The notes under the pieces: generated by a model
What the model was told of the DNA's origin: nothing
Database searches by the model: none
The model's input: the letters and a program-made list of their open reading frames with translations, nothing else
Source: Rozella allomycis CSF55
Taxonomy: Eukaryota
Assembly: GCA_000442015.1 (NCBI GenBank)
Contig: KE561209.1
Span: forward strand, 124,001 to 188,000
Reading direction: 5' to 3'
DNA: 64,000 nucleotides
Translations under genes and position numbers: made by a program
In this document: in pieces, positions 11,117 to 23,485 of the stretch
How positions within the stretch are numbered: the first letter of the stretch is position 1
How the letters are laid out: every line of letters starts with the position of its first letter

Positions 11117-13096
11117 ATGATGTTGAGATTGACCAGAATTGCTACATCGCGCGCAGCTACTTTCCGTCCCACTTGGATTCCCAAGAGAAATTTTATTATT
11201 GCTCCACCTAAAAACGAACATGTCTACAACATTGCATTATTTGTAATGGTAAACTGCACAACTATTTTATTATAGGGATTTGGATTGGCATATTTTGCTG
11301 GATCACGTAAATGAAACAAATAATATTTACTAAATAGTTAGCTTTGGGCCCCAATTAGAAGTTTTAGTGAATGCTCATCAAAAGGCAAAAGAACTTGAAA
11401 CGGAGGAAGCTGCGAAAAAAGAAGCCTTACAACTTGAATTAAACGATTCTTCTTCTTATTCGATTGATTCATCTTCTAATCAAGACCATGAATTATCATC
11501 AACACCTCTTGAATCTGATCATAGCCCATCCCCTATTGACGAGGCTGAAAGTTCGAGCAATGAGATTGAAAATAATATTCAAACGAAAATACCTCAAATT
11601 AGAACTACTTTTAGAGCGAAATATGTCCTTGTTGGAGGAGGTACGGCCGCTTACTCTGCGTATGAGACGATTAAGAAACATGAGCCAAATGCCGATGTAA
11701 TCCTACTTGAGTTTTATTATTAAGGTTCTTATTGTATCTAAAGAGGATCTCCCGCCCTACACACGCCCACCATTGTCAAAAGAACTTTGGTTTTCTGATG
11801 ATTCTCTTGCGGAATCTCTCCAATATAAAGACTGGAATGGAAAAAACAAAAAGTAAATCTCGCACAACTAAGTCTTAGCGTACTTTACAAGAGTAAGGCG
11901 GATTATGAAACGGAGGGCACCAAATTGATACTTGGGAGGGAGGCTGTAAAGATGCATCCTGACAGAAATCTCATTGAGTTAAACGATGGATCATACATTA
12001 TATACCAAAAGCTTCTTATTGCGACAGGAGGATCACCAAGAAATCCAGAGTTCCTGCAAAATCTATCACCAACAACGATGGAGAAGGTTAGTATGTACAG
12101 AGGGGTAACATGACTTTTGTGTGTCCAATAGTTAAATGATTATCAAAAAATTAGGAAACTTGTGAAAGAAGGCAAAGAGATCGCCATCATTGGCGGCGGA
12201 TTTCTTGGAAGTGAACTTTCTTGTGCTATTGCAAATGAGCGTAAAATATGAATTTCATATTAAAAGAACGCAAACTAAACGGCCCATCAAGGGTAACACA
12301 AATATACCCAGAGGAAGGAAACATGTCAAACATTTTCCCGAGATACTTGTCGAATTGGACGAAAAATCAGTTAGAAAAATGTAACAGTTAATATCAAGTC
12401 TTATTGATAGTTGGTGTGAATATCAAAAGTGAATGCTCTGTGAAAAAATTGGCGGTTGATGAGAATGAAGGAAAAGTGACAATTAAGACAAACAAAGAAG
12501 ACATCAAGGCTGATCATGTAATTGTAGCTGCAGGAATTGAGCCAAATGTTAGTTTGGGGGAATCTGGAAATTTAGAAATCGATGAAGTGAATGGAGGTAT
12601 CGTAGTTAACAAGGAGCTCTCGGCAACAAGCAATGTGTGGATAGCCGGGGATGTTTGTTCATATCATGATGTAGTTTTAGGAAGAAGAAGAGTCGAGCAT
12701 TATGAACATGCTGTTTATTCTGGGCAAGTAGCCGCCAAGAACATGATGGGATTCAAGGACGAATATACTCATCAGCCAATGTTTTGGAGTGATTTGGGTC
12801 CAGAAATAAGTTATGAAGCGGTGGGAACTCTTGATAGTAAAATGATGACTGTTTCTGTGTGGGCTAAAGAAACTGAAGGAGAAGAAAAATTTGACCGGGG
12901 TCTAGTATTCTATTTGAAGAATGATGTAATCACCGGATTGCTACTGTTTAATTTACCGAATAGGATATCGTTAGCTAGGAAAATCATTAAATCGAGAATG
13001 AATAGCAAAGATATTGAAAAGGTGGCGAACGCGTTTGAAATCCATGAGCCTAGAAATCCCAATGTGAAGACTGAAGAAATGGAAAGTAGCAATTGA
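11117..13096 (+). CDS. AIFM1: Mitochondrial apoptosis-inducing factor (AIFM1-like flavoprotein), 7 introns
   Basis: Targeting peptide plus [55 protein letters not shown]. Confidence 0.9.
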
Positions 13097-13138
13097 AGAA
13101 AAAGTTATTTAATAAAGTATATTTGAGTATAAATTAAT

Positions 13139-15881
13139 TTATTTTTGAATTTTTTTAATGACATTGAGAGCGTATTTTGCCAAACTTTTAGTAGAGGAAG
13201 AAAAGCTTGAATTTTTGTCGGCAAATTTGCAAAAGTCTAGAATCCATTTTTCTGCATAGAGAGATGCAACTTGAGGGCCTAGAACGTCAGCCATGTCACC
13301 CAAGAGGCCAAGAGCGGCTTTGGTTGTAGATTCAGGTCTATGAGCATCGTTTATAACGGTGTGGATGAATTGAAGAATGTTAGGAACAGAAGATAGGAGA
13401 CATTGACTATTTTGGGCCAAGCCTCTAAAGATTGAAGAAAATGAACCCATGATAGTTTCATGCATTTGAACGATGTAATCAAATTCATCAGGATCTGAAA
13501 CATCAACTTCAATAGAAGAGATTGCATGGAAAAGAACATTTTGAACAGACTCAAAGTATTTAGAAAATGAAGATTCAATTGAAACGGCAATATCGCCAAA
13601 AATGCCAAAGACTAAAGTTTTAGTTTGTCTTTCAACATTTGGATCTTGCAGAATAATCCAGAGCGAGTTCATGAAGTTATCGCAATAAGAAGAGAATTCT
13701 TGACCAAGAAAAGTAGCAATGTCACCAACAAGAGCAACAGAAGAAAGCAAAGTCTAAAAAACAATCAAAAATCAAATAATTTACTTGTTGATCATCGTGA
13801 CTGCCCATAACGTTTAAGAGAATTGGATTCAAGGCAACCATGTACCTATTAAAAGAACCTTCGACCACGCCACAAATTTCTTTTATGACATTTAGAATAT
13901 CATCAGCCACAGTTGTATTTTTAGAACAAGAAAGAATGTTTAAAAGTAAAGTCATCAATTGATCAGCAACTGGAACCATCTTTTTGCCCAACCTTTTCAC
14001 GAGTGCATCAATAACTGATAAAATGTTAGATTGAACTTCACTTAATGAATCATCAACTGAAACATTTTGATGTTGAAGTGTAAAATTTAAATGTTCCAAC
14101 ATCAAATTTGTTAATGAAACCAAGCCTTCAGAACAATCATTAGCACTTGCTGATACAAAACAGCTTAGAGCATAATGTAAAGAAAGTTTAAAGTTTGAAT
14201 CGTTTTGTTCTTGTTTTTGAACTAGATTTAAAAATATTTGAACAAATGGATTGAAAAATGGTGAAAGATCATTTGTTTGATCTGTTTCAGCTGTTTCCGA
14301 ATATTCGGAACATAGATTAGCAATTGCAAAGGCGCAGTTTGTGGCTATTCTTCTTTTGTCATTTAAATGATCAATCAAACATTTCATAACAGATTGAACC
14401 TTTGCAGTGTCAAAGAACGCAACATAATTCTTCATAATCTCACCAACAGTCCAAGCAACTGAATCTCTAACATCAGCTGATGGATCATTCATCAAATCTA
14501 AAAGAACTGGAAGTGCCTATCAATCTTTAAATATTTTCTTACATTTCTCAAGAAATCTGTAAACAAGGGGCTTTCAATATTTCCTTCAGCCATTGTTCCC
14601 AAAGCCATAACTGCTGCTTCCTTTTGATGCCAATCGGGGCTTGTGATATAAGTTTGAATAAAGTTTAAAATTGTGTTATCTTCCAATAAATCTTTTCCAA
14701 CGCAATGTGCTAAAAATCCAAGACACGTGGCAGCAGACATAGCCACATTCCACTCATCTTCATCTGCATCTTCTTCCTGTTGAGTTAAAAGAATAAGCAA
14801 AACTGGAACAATTTCTCTACTGCCAATACGAGCAAAGTTTTCAATCTCAAACGATCTTTCACTCAAGTCGATTTCAACTTCACAAACTGTCGTCCAAAAT
14901 TCAATCGCCTGCAATGCCAAACTTACATTGTTGCTTTTCATCGCGTTGATTGAAGCTTTATACAATCCAGCCTTGTCAATTCAAACCATCTTTTCTTACT
15001 TGCATATAGCCACTCATGTGTTCATAATACAATTGCATTATTTTCACCAAACATTCAAAGGCTGACACACATATTTCCCCATCATTAGATTGTGCCGCTT
15101 CAAATACAACCTTCATTATATAATCTCTTTCCCCTTGGTGGTTAAAGTTCTCTTCAGCAAATTCTAATGAATTGTAGAGTGCATTCAACGATGCCTTTCT
15201 AATTACACTAGATGGCTCCTCCACTCTGGCACCCTGAAATATTGCAGTCATCAAATTATTAGAATACACTTTAATAGCATCGGAATCAACTTGTTCACAA
15301 ATAAATCCAATTGCTTCCATAGTCGCCTTTTTCCTATTCACATCACTCTCTGGTGAACTCATGTAATTGACCAACGTTGGCACAAGCTCACTCCACTCGT
15401 TTCTTGGTAATTCAATGTTTGCTATCGCTTCAACAACCTCTTATCAAACTTTTCAGCCTCTTACTTGCGCTGCTGTAGTCCCAACCATACTTTCTTTAGC
15501 ACCAAGGGCCATCAATGCACCCATTTTAATCTGGCTTTTAACTCCAGCATCCAAATTAATCCACTTGTTTATCATTTCCTCTCTTCTTTCCACTTCCTAC
15601 CTTTTTCAAATTACTCCAAATTTACTTTGGCTTTCATAGTGTTCTTCAAAGCTATACCAGCGGCACTCCTAACTATAGACTCACTTGTCTCATTTGTTAA
15701 CTGTTGCGATAACATCATTAAATACATCGACTATTACAAATCTATTGTATCCTTACAAAATTTTCTCTAGACGCATTCTCAAGCGCTCTAGTCGCTTCTT
15801 CTCTTACGTTTTGTACTATACTTGCCTTTTTTAGTGTTTACCTGGCGAGAGTGTGTTGATCAGGAGTTGCCCAAATTCCAT
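13139..15881 (-). CDS. KAP95: Importin beta-1 (Kap95), 7 introns
   Basis: IAKIELPRNEW, ALQAIEFWTTVCEVE, acidic loop EDEWNVAMSAATCL, HEAT repeats. Confidence 0.93.
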
Positions 15882-15994
15882 GCCTAAGACCAGGGTGTGA
15901 AAATGCAAAAGAGCAACATCCAATCTCACAAAATAAAAGGCTATTCAATTATTATTATGATAAAAACGATAAAATTTATTTAAATATTTTACAT

Positions 15995-16394
15995 CTAGAA
16001 TATGTGCTTTTCTTTCTCGAATTTCTTCAACATATTCACGCAATTGAATACTAATTCCATCTTTCTTTTTAGATACCGATTGCTGAAAAATTGTTCGCAG
16101 GTCAAATCACACATGCTCTGGCATCGCAGTATTTGAAAGAGAATAGTAATGAATTGCTTGTCGTTAAACTTTTCTGCGAGCAATAGTTTTGGAAAATTTT
16201 TGGTAATATACATGGTGAAAGAACTGTTCGCGCTATAAAAGATGTGATGGAGTATGGGTAGAAATACAATAGGTGAAGCGGCAGCCAATCTAAAAATATC
16301 GATACTTTTCCGTGCTATACTCTGATTTTAATATTTTATGCTTGTAGCCGACATAAAGTAATTCTTTTGAGAACTTGTTCAGTTCCACTTCCAT
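15995..16394 (-). CDS. CEP44: Centrosomal protein CEP44-like domain, 1 intron
   Basis: ASPIVFLPILHHIF...NDKQFITILFQILR...LTCEQFFS resembles the CEP44 N-terminal domain. Confidence 0.65.
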
Positions 16395-16447
16395 TTCAGA
16401 TATTTTGGAATAATCAACAACGTTTTTTTTGAAATTTATTAAACAAT

Positions 16448-17487
16448 TTATACATCATCATTATTATTCATTAAATGTAGATATGCCGGCTGTCCAGTGC
16501 TTGATGGGAATGACAATCTTTGTTGGGATTCCATGGATTGGTTCATGTTCAGTAAATAAACCCCGCAAAATGTTACAAAAAATCCACAAAAAATCGAAAG
16601 CACTTTCACCGGGTCTCTCTCGTTGAATCCTTCAAATAAAAGAACCGATGCCAAGATAGTTGCTGTTGTAAAGAATACATAGTATATAGGAGTCACTACA
16701 GAAGTACTGAATATATCCAAAGCTTTGTTTAAATAAGTAATCTGAATCAAAATAAAAACTCCCACGGTAATAAGAATTATATACGTCGACACAAAAAGAA
16801 ATTGATTTTTTCCTTCAAAAGTTAGTTTTAGCGATATTCCCAGTGCTTTAGAAGACATCACCAACAAAGACCCAATAAGTGAGCATATGGAAATATATAC
16901 CAATGGAGTGCGCCGACCATACTTTACTGAAAGTTTTCTGATCGCATAGAAGCAATATGTGATACAACTTAGTGAATACAATAAAAAGCCTTAATTTCCA
17001 ACTATGAAAATATAAACCTGGTTTAAATGCTGCTTCTATTATCTCTTGGATTGAGCTAACTTGTTTCTCTTCAGGTGCATGAAGAATCTTAACTCTAGGC
17101 TTAAGAAAAATACATTACAATAATAACTGCACCTAGCAAACATAAAACACATCCTACTCTTCCGGCTTTGTCTAATCTTTCATGCAAGAAAGTTGTCGCA
17201 AGTAACGATGATATCAAAACCGACAGCCCCCCTAATGGTGTCACGAGAATAGCGGGTGCAAAAGTATAGGCTGCAAAATTTGCGAGCTCTCCAAAAACCA
17301 CTTGTGCCAGAAAATCCATACATTTACTTGTTAGTAAACCAATCCACCACATCCTGGATCGCAAGTATGCAAACCCATCACCATTGCCATCACTGGATAT
17401 CAGGCCTTTCTTTGTAATTATGAAGCTCACTCCTATAAAAAAACTAGAAGATACAGCTAATATTAAGCCTATGTATTTATCTTCCAT
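16448..17487 (-). CDS. NIPA-family magnesium transporter, 3 introns
   Basis: MEDKYIGLILAVSSS, GELANFAAYTFAPAILVTPLG, YLNKALDIFSTSVVTPIYYVFFTT. Confidence 0.95.
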
Positions 17488-17518
17488 TAAAGAAATTTGG
17501 GATTTATTTTTATCACTT

Positions 17519-18314
17519 TCAAACAATGAAAGCAAAGAGTATAAACAAAAATCCTCCAATGAAAGTAACTTAAACTACATAAAAGATATAAATTTACGAG
17601 TTTTTGTTGAAATCTTAGTAGCCAAAATCCGACCTCCAATAACCGCCAAAAATGTACATATTCCATGACCGAGCAATGTCCCAAATATAATTATAAGATA
17701 GCCCTTTTGAATAGTAAAAAAATCATTACTTGCGATGCGGCCATAGCGAATGTTGTAATTTGTGATCGGTCACCCCATTCCGCCATAATTGTCAAAGTAA
17801 AAACCTCCATGAATAATGAAGCTGCATCCCTAAACATGGTATTTTGAGGCGGCTTTTCACCTCCCTCGATTTTTGTCAGCATGTTAGTGGTGTCTTTCAT
17901 TTCCAATTCGTTTCTCACAGATTCCATTTCTTCCTGTGCTTCATTGTAGCTCATGTAATATGCCTCGTAGAGCATGTTAAAGCCGAATATAATAAAAGTA
18001 AATGTAGCGCACCATTTCACATACTTTTCTGATATCAAAGTCGGCAAAGTTGTGCCCAGTGCCACTGACAGTAAGGTCATTATTATTAAAGCGCTATATG
18101 ACGAGGCGAAAACCAAAAGCCTGGAATGTTTCATTGCCATTATCGCAGCAATGAAGAATGTTTTGTCTCCGATCTCAGAAACCATGATCATCAAAATGTT
18201 AGCGAAAAAAGCCTGCAATGATGAAGTGGACTTCTTTTCAATCAAAGAAACACTTTGAGACAGTACATTGGGGGTAAATAGAAAGTACACAAATATGGTT
18301 CCAAATTTCAACAT
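17519..18314 (-). CDS. GDT1: GDT1/TMEM165 (UPF0016) Ca2+/Mn2+ transporter, 2 introns
   Basis: Twin motifs SEIGDKTF and AEWGDRSQ. Confidence 0.93.
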
Positions 18315-18380
18315 TTTCTGAAATTTGAATGAGCACGATATTCAATTATTGCCCAATTGATGGCAGAAAATTTTCGGAAA

Positions 18381-19441
18381 ATGAAGATATTTGCCCCCTT
18401 TGTAACTATAAAAGGTATTGTAGGGTTTGACGATAGTTTAGGAATAAAATCAAGGAGGGGCCCCTGAATGTTCGAATAAAGAAACCTTGGAGAAAGCTAT
18501 TATACATCAAACAAGGTTACGTAATTATACCAGGAGTTCTTTTTTTAGCCTGATAACTATGTTGATTCTTCATTTCTCGAAGAAATGCAAAAGAATGGTA
18601 CTATTTACCAACATTATTTGCAAAGTTAATGTTAGAACTTACGACTACATGTCGCTCGTAATCAATTCAGGCTTAATAACATTGCAAATATCATCTATAA
18701 TGATTTTCTTGGGAGTCTTTACTCATCTATATTCGGGCACAATAACACCGAACGGTGTAGCCATATTTTCATTTGTCTCGAGTATTTTTGGTTATTTTAT
18801 TTGGATTTACAACACTCCCCAGTTTTTAAAAAGAGGTAATAGCGATACAAGGTTAAGATAGCCAATAATGAAAACTATAAAGAAATTGTCATGTTATTTG
18901 CTATAGTACTCGGGCTAACTCCTATTCTAAAAACTTTAACTGAAGATACAAGTAGCGATACCATCTGGGCTTTTACAATTATTTTGTTTATCACCAATTT
19001 GCTATTTTTCGATTACACAACTACGGGAAACGGGATTCAGTTTCCAGCTTCTGTGTCTGTAAATGCCGCAATATTCGCTTCTGTACTATTAGCTTCTAGA
19101 CTCCCAACAAAACATCATGTCTTCTCTCTTTGTTCCTACTCTGTTTGTTGGTTTGTATACTTTCCGATGTTATGCAAAGCTTTAAAAATTAGGTCTCCTA
19201 ATTTATTCACAATTATTTCTATTTCATCCTTTATCAGTGCTTCTTTGCTGTGGTTTGGGATTTCAAAGCTCTGCGTTCTCCTGTATTCATCAGTTTTTAT
19301 GTTTATAACTTTTGTTTGCCCATACTGGTTTATATCTTTACAAAAATATAAAAAGTAACATTGGCAATTGTTATTTATAGTGAAATAATTGGGCCATGGG
19401 ATGAAGCAACTATAATGAAAAAGACCAGAGCAATCGGCTAA
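18381..19441 (+). CDS. GPI2: GPI-GlcNAc transferase subunit PIG-C/Gpi2 (start uncertain)
   Basis: WRKLLYIKQGY|PDNYVD, PILKTLTEDTSSDTIWA, AAIFASVLLASRL, EIIGPWDEA. Confidence 0.92.
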
Positions 19442-19481
19442 GCATAATATATAAAGTTTATTTAATATCTAATTTGAACGT

Positions 19482-20785
19482 TTAATACCACAAAGATGCA
19501 TGACTTCCAAGAGAAGATGAATCAATTGGTCCTCCGCAAACGGACAGAATATTTTTAGATGGATTTAAGGACATTGAAAAAATTGCTTGGCAGTCATACC
19601 CATCCTTTAATTTAACAAATATAAACCTTTTTACCCGATCAACGTCGAAAAATTTGTTTTCTAAAATGCAATTTTTTCTGATGTCAAAGACGCTTATTTC
19701 TGGACCTCCTTTACCAATTAGTATATAATCGTCCTTAACTAGCAATGATCTGACGCCATAACATGATCGAGACGTTTGGACCATTATTATACTATCGACA
19801 ATATTTCTTTGTCTCACATCAGTTATGTGCAGGCCCTGCTTTGAGCCAATAACCAATGAATTGTGCAATCGTGCGACACAGCAAGTTTCAGTGGCGTTTA
19901 CATTTATTTTGTGGATCGGTTTTCGATATGAAATACTCTTACTGGTTTGAATGTTGTACCATCCCAAATTTTTAAGGTTTGATCTAAGCCAAGGGAAACG
20001 AATTTTGCCTGTTTAATAAAATGCAATATACTTGCCTGTCCAATAGCACATAATCGCCTTGTTGGACCTTCATGTGCTTTCTTAAGCCCATGTTTTGTAA
20101 ATTGGTCTTGGTTGGCTTTCCATATACCAATGTTTGAGTCCCTGGATGCTTCAACCATCAAATGAGATATTTTTACCTGAAATAAAAGTATCACTTGTCA
20201 GCCAAACACCATCAAATATTACATCTTCATGAGCCTTATTAATTGGGGAAATAATCTTTACTGGAATGGTCTGAATATGTGAGAACATAGGGAAGCTAAG
20301 AACAGATAAACAGTTGGAAGTGTATCCACAAGTAATGATAACATCCTGGGTGGGATTTATTTCCAAAATGTAGTTCCCCCTTCTTTCTTGTAATCTATTT
20401 TTCTCGCAACCAGGAATAGGAATTTTAAAGCTCTTTTTGACCTTGTTATTGTACAACACAACCTGCATGAGTTGAGCCTGCAGGACTTACACTTTGGCAT
20501 TTTGTTGAATATAAGATTTGTTCATCATCAATCCATTGACATGAAAAATATTTATTCAAATTCAATGTATCAATTTCATCTATTTTTTCTAATCTGTCGA
20601 AAAAGAATTTGCCGCGAATTTTCTCGTGAAGGCTACTGTTACATAAAGTTAAAGAAATACTTTTTGGAAGCGTGATAATCTATTCTTCTGTCCAAGATTG
20701 TTTCAATTTTGTTTCCCAAAAGCTTTTTTCTTTTCCCTAACGTTAATCGCCACTTATTCAATATCCTAGTTAATATGGCGCGCAT
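19482..20785 (-). CDS. WD40 protein, DCAF12-like
   Basis: NKIFAKV exon, AHEDVIFDGVWLTSDTFISASRD, VSLGLDQTLKIWD, C-terminal GGPI...GSHASLW. Confidence 0.65.
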
Positions 20786-21405
20786 TAGTTTTCCAATTAC
20801 CAGGGCCTAAAATTCGCCAAAATCTGACACGTTAAAAGCGTTATGAAAAGGTTATAAGAGGTCCAAGGAGTAGTCTTGAAGTTTCCAGCTAAGTATGAAG
20901 TCAATTGTAATCTTATAAGGTATCAAGAGTTTAAAACAACATTCTTTACCTTTTTTATACTCAAGACAGTCTAATTTCATGTGCACCGAAGAAGAAGTTG
21001 GGGTGGATATTAAAGAATTCAAGCGAACCGCGCAACTCTACGTGGGAATGAAAATGCGAAATTCCGTTTACCATTATCGTGCATTCTTAGTGAAGACATA
21101 ACTATTTGAGGTTAAAGAAGAACTCAATCTAGCCCTTAATCTTTTAGAATTTCTTCATTGATGAATTGGAAATCTTAAAGTTACTTCCCATATGATTTTA
21201 CAGGCAAATACCGCAAATATTCTTTAATGACCTTTTAATTGCTACATATATTTAAGCATGATATTGTTGTATTTAGTTTTTGGAACTACTTTAGTAAATT
21301 ATTTGCAATATGTTAACCATATAATTTCTTTTATCATCAGTGTTTTTTATGCAATTTTTGACGAACAAAGTTGTAGATGTTTAATATCTTTGTTTACAAA
21401 ATTGA

Positions 21406-23189
21406 ATGTTCGCCAATCTGAAAGATGACACATCTATTGAGGAGATTCTAAAGAATCATGACCTAAAATCTTTGTTATATCAGTTCTCAGTTAAACAACT
21501 GGCCGAAGAAAACATAATATTTCTGGACGAATACCATCAAATTAAGAATTTCATTGAAACCAAAGATGAAGACCTTCAAAATGACCTAAGAATCAAATTA
21601 AATGGTTTATTCAGCAACTTTATTGAAGATTCTTCACAGTACGCTTTAAATATACCCGACGCTACAAAAACAGACGCATTGAAAAGATGGAAAGAGCAAA
21701 CTACAAAGGAAACACCATTGTCTGCAATTTTTAGCATCCTTGACGAAACGTACAAGCATGTGAGGGATTTACTTAAAACATCATCCATTCTTCCTTTTGC
21801 CCAAGAACTTAAGCAGGCTACAAAGAACGCAATAAAGTAAGTTATTAGCTATAACTTAAGTAGTTCTAAAATATTGCCCAAGCAAAAAAGAGTTGTAATT
21901 ATTGGTGCTGGGTTTTGCGGAACATTAGTAGCCAGACTACTGGACAAATACAAAGCTTTTCAAGTCGTTCTTATTGATAGAAAGCCGGTTTTTGAAAGTA
22001 CTCCATACAGTATTATGGCCATGGTTGATCCAGATTTACAGGAAAAGATTTTGCTTCCTCTTGACAATCTTTTGAAAAACGGAGTTTTTATCCAGGGCCA
22101 CGTGACTAAACTAAGAAGCAATTCAGTGGATGTGAATGGAACCAATATCCCATTTGATTATTTAGTCTTGGGAATGGGTTCTTCTTATAAATCCGGCATT
22201 AAGGCCCAAAACTGGTCTGTGAATTATAGAAAAAAGAATTATCTTGAGTCTTTTGAAAAGATCAAGGAAGCAAAGAAAATATTGATTGTTGGAGGTGGTA
22301 CGGGAATGAGTATGTTTACAACTTAGGACTCGAAGGAATTGAGCTCGCTACTCAAATAAAATCATTCGACCCGTCAAAAAATATAGTTCTTATGGACTCA
22401 AATGATAGATTAATGAAAAGAAGTAGCCCTGCCGTTGGTGAACGCATCATTAAAGAGCTCAAGAAGATGGGCATTGAAATACATTTAAGAACGCGCTTTC
22501 TAAAGTATGATGCGGTTAAGAATGTCTATAAAACATCAGTGGGTGAAATAAAAGCAGATTTTATGATGTGGGCAAGTGGTATTCAGCCGAATTCGGATCT
22601 TGTAAAGGAATTCAATGCGGATCTGGTAAACGAAATGGGATACATCAAGGTAAATTTAATCAGGATTTTTCATGAGGCAAACAATGATTTAACTGTTGTA
22701 GGAATGCCAAAAATGTTTGTAGGTGGGGACTTGAAAAGTTTGAAAGAGGAAAAAATGGCATTTACCGCTCAAGTGGACGGAATAATGATAGCCAATAACA
22801 TTTGCCGAGCAGAGTTGGGAAAAGAACTTTTTCAGAGGGGCAAAGAACATCCGCCTTTAGTTAATGACGGCATGCATTTTGTTTCCCTTGGACTTAATAA
22901 GGGTAACACTGGAAATAATGCATAAAAAGGAATCATGATAGTTCCCAAGCAAATGATGTTCCCATGTTTGAAAGGACACTTCTTTTATGTATCCCCAAAG
23001 GTGTACAAAATGAAAATGGACTTTCTTCCAACCGGCATGAGTGTTTTGAAGGGTGAAAGGGAACCTTTAGGATTGTACGGCAAGTCAAGAGTAGAGAAAA
23101 TATTACTTTCTGAACCCGTTGTTGATCAAGAAGCGTCAAATGGTCGTCTTGAGGCCAAATCCAAAAAGCACATTGATAGCAATGAATAA
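21406..23189 (+). CDS. RGS domain fused to AIFM2/FSP1(AMID)-like NAD(P)H oxidoreductase (5' end uncertain)
   Basis: RGS: FSVKQLAEENIIFLDE, FIEDSSQYALNI; in-frame intron 21837-21860/21863; VVIIGAGFCG, FDYLVLGMGS, ILIVGGG|LEGIEL, FVGGD. Confidence 0.8.
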
Positions 23190-23485
23190 AAAGCTTAATA
23201 AGTGCAAATTTCTAGTTTGTCTAGTGAATACACATTATATTGACTTTAGGTCATCTATTTTCATTTTACTTAAGTATGCAAAATATTGACTCCTTTTTCA
23301 ATACCTTTTTTCGCTCAATTCGTAACACATTACAATTTGCAATGAATGCTGCCTGACTATTCTAATTATCTTAATTGCTTAAACATTGGAACAATTGAAT
23401 CCTTGTCTTTGCATGTAAATGCGAGGATTTCAACAAACTCAGTCGTGAACATTAATATATGTTAAATGATAATTTATTAAATAAT

